DNA of 63,196 nucleotides, the filler included, from Rhabdomonas costata (Eukaryota), in assembly GCA_019059605.1 (NCBI GenBank). It is 34 parts of 34 records of this genome, joined end to end, with 100 filler letters (N's around TTAATTAATTAA, not from the genome) between each part and the next. Parts side by side here need not be neighbours in the genome. Positions count along the whole stretch, not along the records: positions 61,436 to 63,196 come from JAHMHO010009451.1; 33 more parts are not named here. One strand, written 5' to 3'. Of this stretch, positions 62,843 through 63,196 are shown in pieces. Each line of letters opens with the position of its first letter. Within the stretch, counting starts at the first letter, position 1. A program made the translations under genes and the position numbers. Under the pieces are notes generated by a model. That model saw only the letters and a program-made list of their open reading frames with translations, was not told the origin of the DNA and searched no databases.

Positions 62843-63196
62843 TGTGCTTGAAAGAAAGGAGTCTACGAACGTGTCAAAGGGAAGGCAGAAGCTAAGATAC
62901 TAGGAAATTAACTGGATCCACCTTTGCAGGAACTGGGATATGGGCGACAGGCACACAAAATACGAGACAAAAGGAAAGGTAACCAAATTCGAGCAAAACC
63001 AAAAAGGGAATGTGGTGAAGTTTAGAGAGAAGTGGGCAGAGAGAAGACCTCCGAGTGATGATAAAAGGGAGCAGCGGAGGGGTAATCCGTTCACCGAGAA
63101 GCGGCCAGGCTTGAGAGTATCCGAAAACACGCTGAAGTCAGAAACGACCTCTACCAATGCAAGGCCTTGTGCGCGTGGTGTGCACGTGCGTTTTCA

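Noticed and set aside
1864-63196. Euglenid nonconventional (non-GT/GC-AG, hairpin-defined) introns
   Set aside because: I looked for them, but every exon junction I could resolve is explained by GT-AG or GC-AG; none can be supported without transcripts.
1-63196. tRNA/rRNA genes, CRISPR arrays, prokaryotic operons or defence systems
   Set aside because: No cloverleaf, rRNA core motifs, repeat-spacer arrays or intronless operon-like gene runs were seen. Neighbouring contigs are unlinked, so no cross-contig system can be claimed.

Overview
This window is not a contiguous locus. It is 34 unrelated contigs of about 1.76 kb joined by 33 artificial 100-nt spacers (N44-TTAATTAATTAA-N44), so nothing can be inferred across spacers and most entries in the ORF track are spurious. 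The DNA is eukaryotic and intron-rich. Short GC-rich exons are flanked by GT/GC-AG introns whose donors are degenerate at +3..+6 with G at exon position -1, and some start codons follow pyrimidine tracts ending in AG. This fits a euglenid-type (Euglenozoa) nuclear genome; that assignment is an inference. Many contig ends are G/T-only (5') or A/C-only (3'), which suggests whole-genome amplification with degenerate K-base primers. Gene fragments recoverable by hand: EFTUD2/Snu114, an MFSD5/MOT2 transporter, a bacterial-type CoA-disulfide reductase/NADH oxidase, an ABCA-like transporter, WD40, ankyrin, TRPV-like ankyrin, STE7-like kinase, C2-domain and PIERCE/DUF4490-like proteins, and several Cys-rich surface proteins. 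Decayed retroelements are also present (RTE-like and CRE-like LINEs, a DIRS-like RT, a Gypsy-like protease). The three most interesting observations are: (1) two paralogous 183-nt phase 1-1 Cys-module exons facing each other on opposite strands 192 bp apart inside an LRR-like surface-protein gene; (2) a 593-bp tandem array that looks like a polycistronic box C/D plus AGA-box snoRNA cluster; (3) a spliced Skp1/BTB-like plus cytochrome b5 fusion gene that needs a GC-AG intron.
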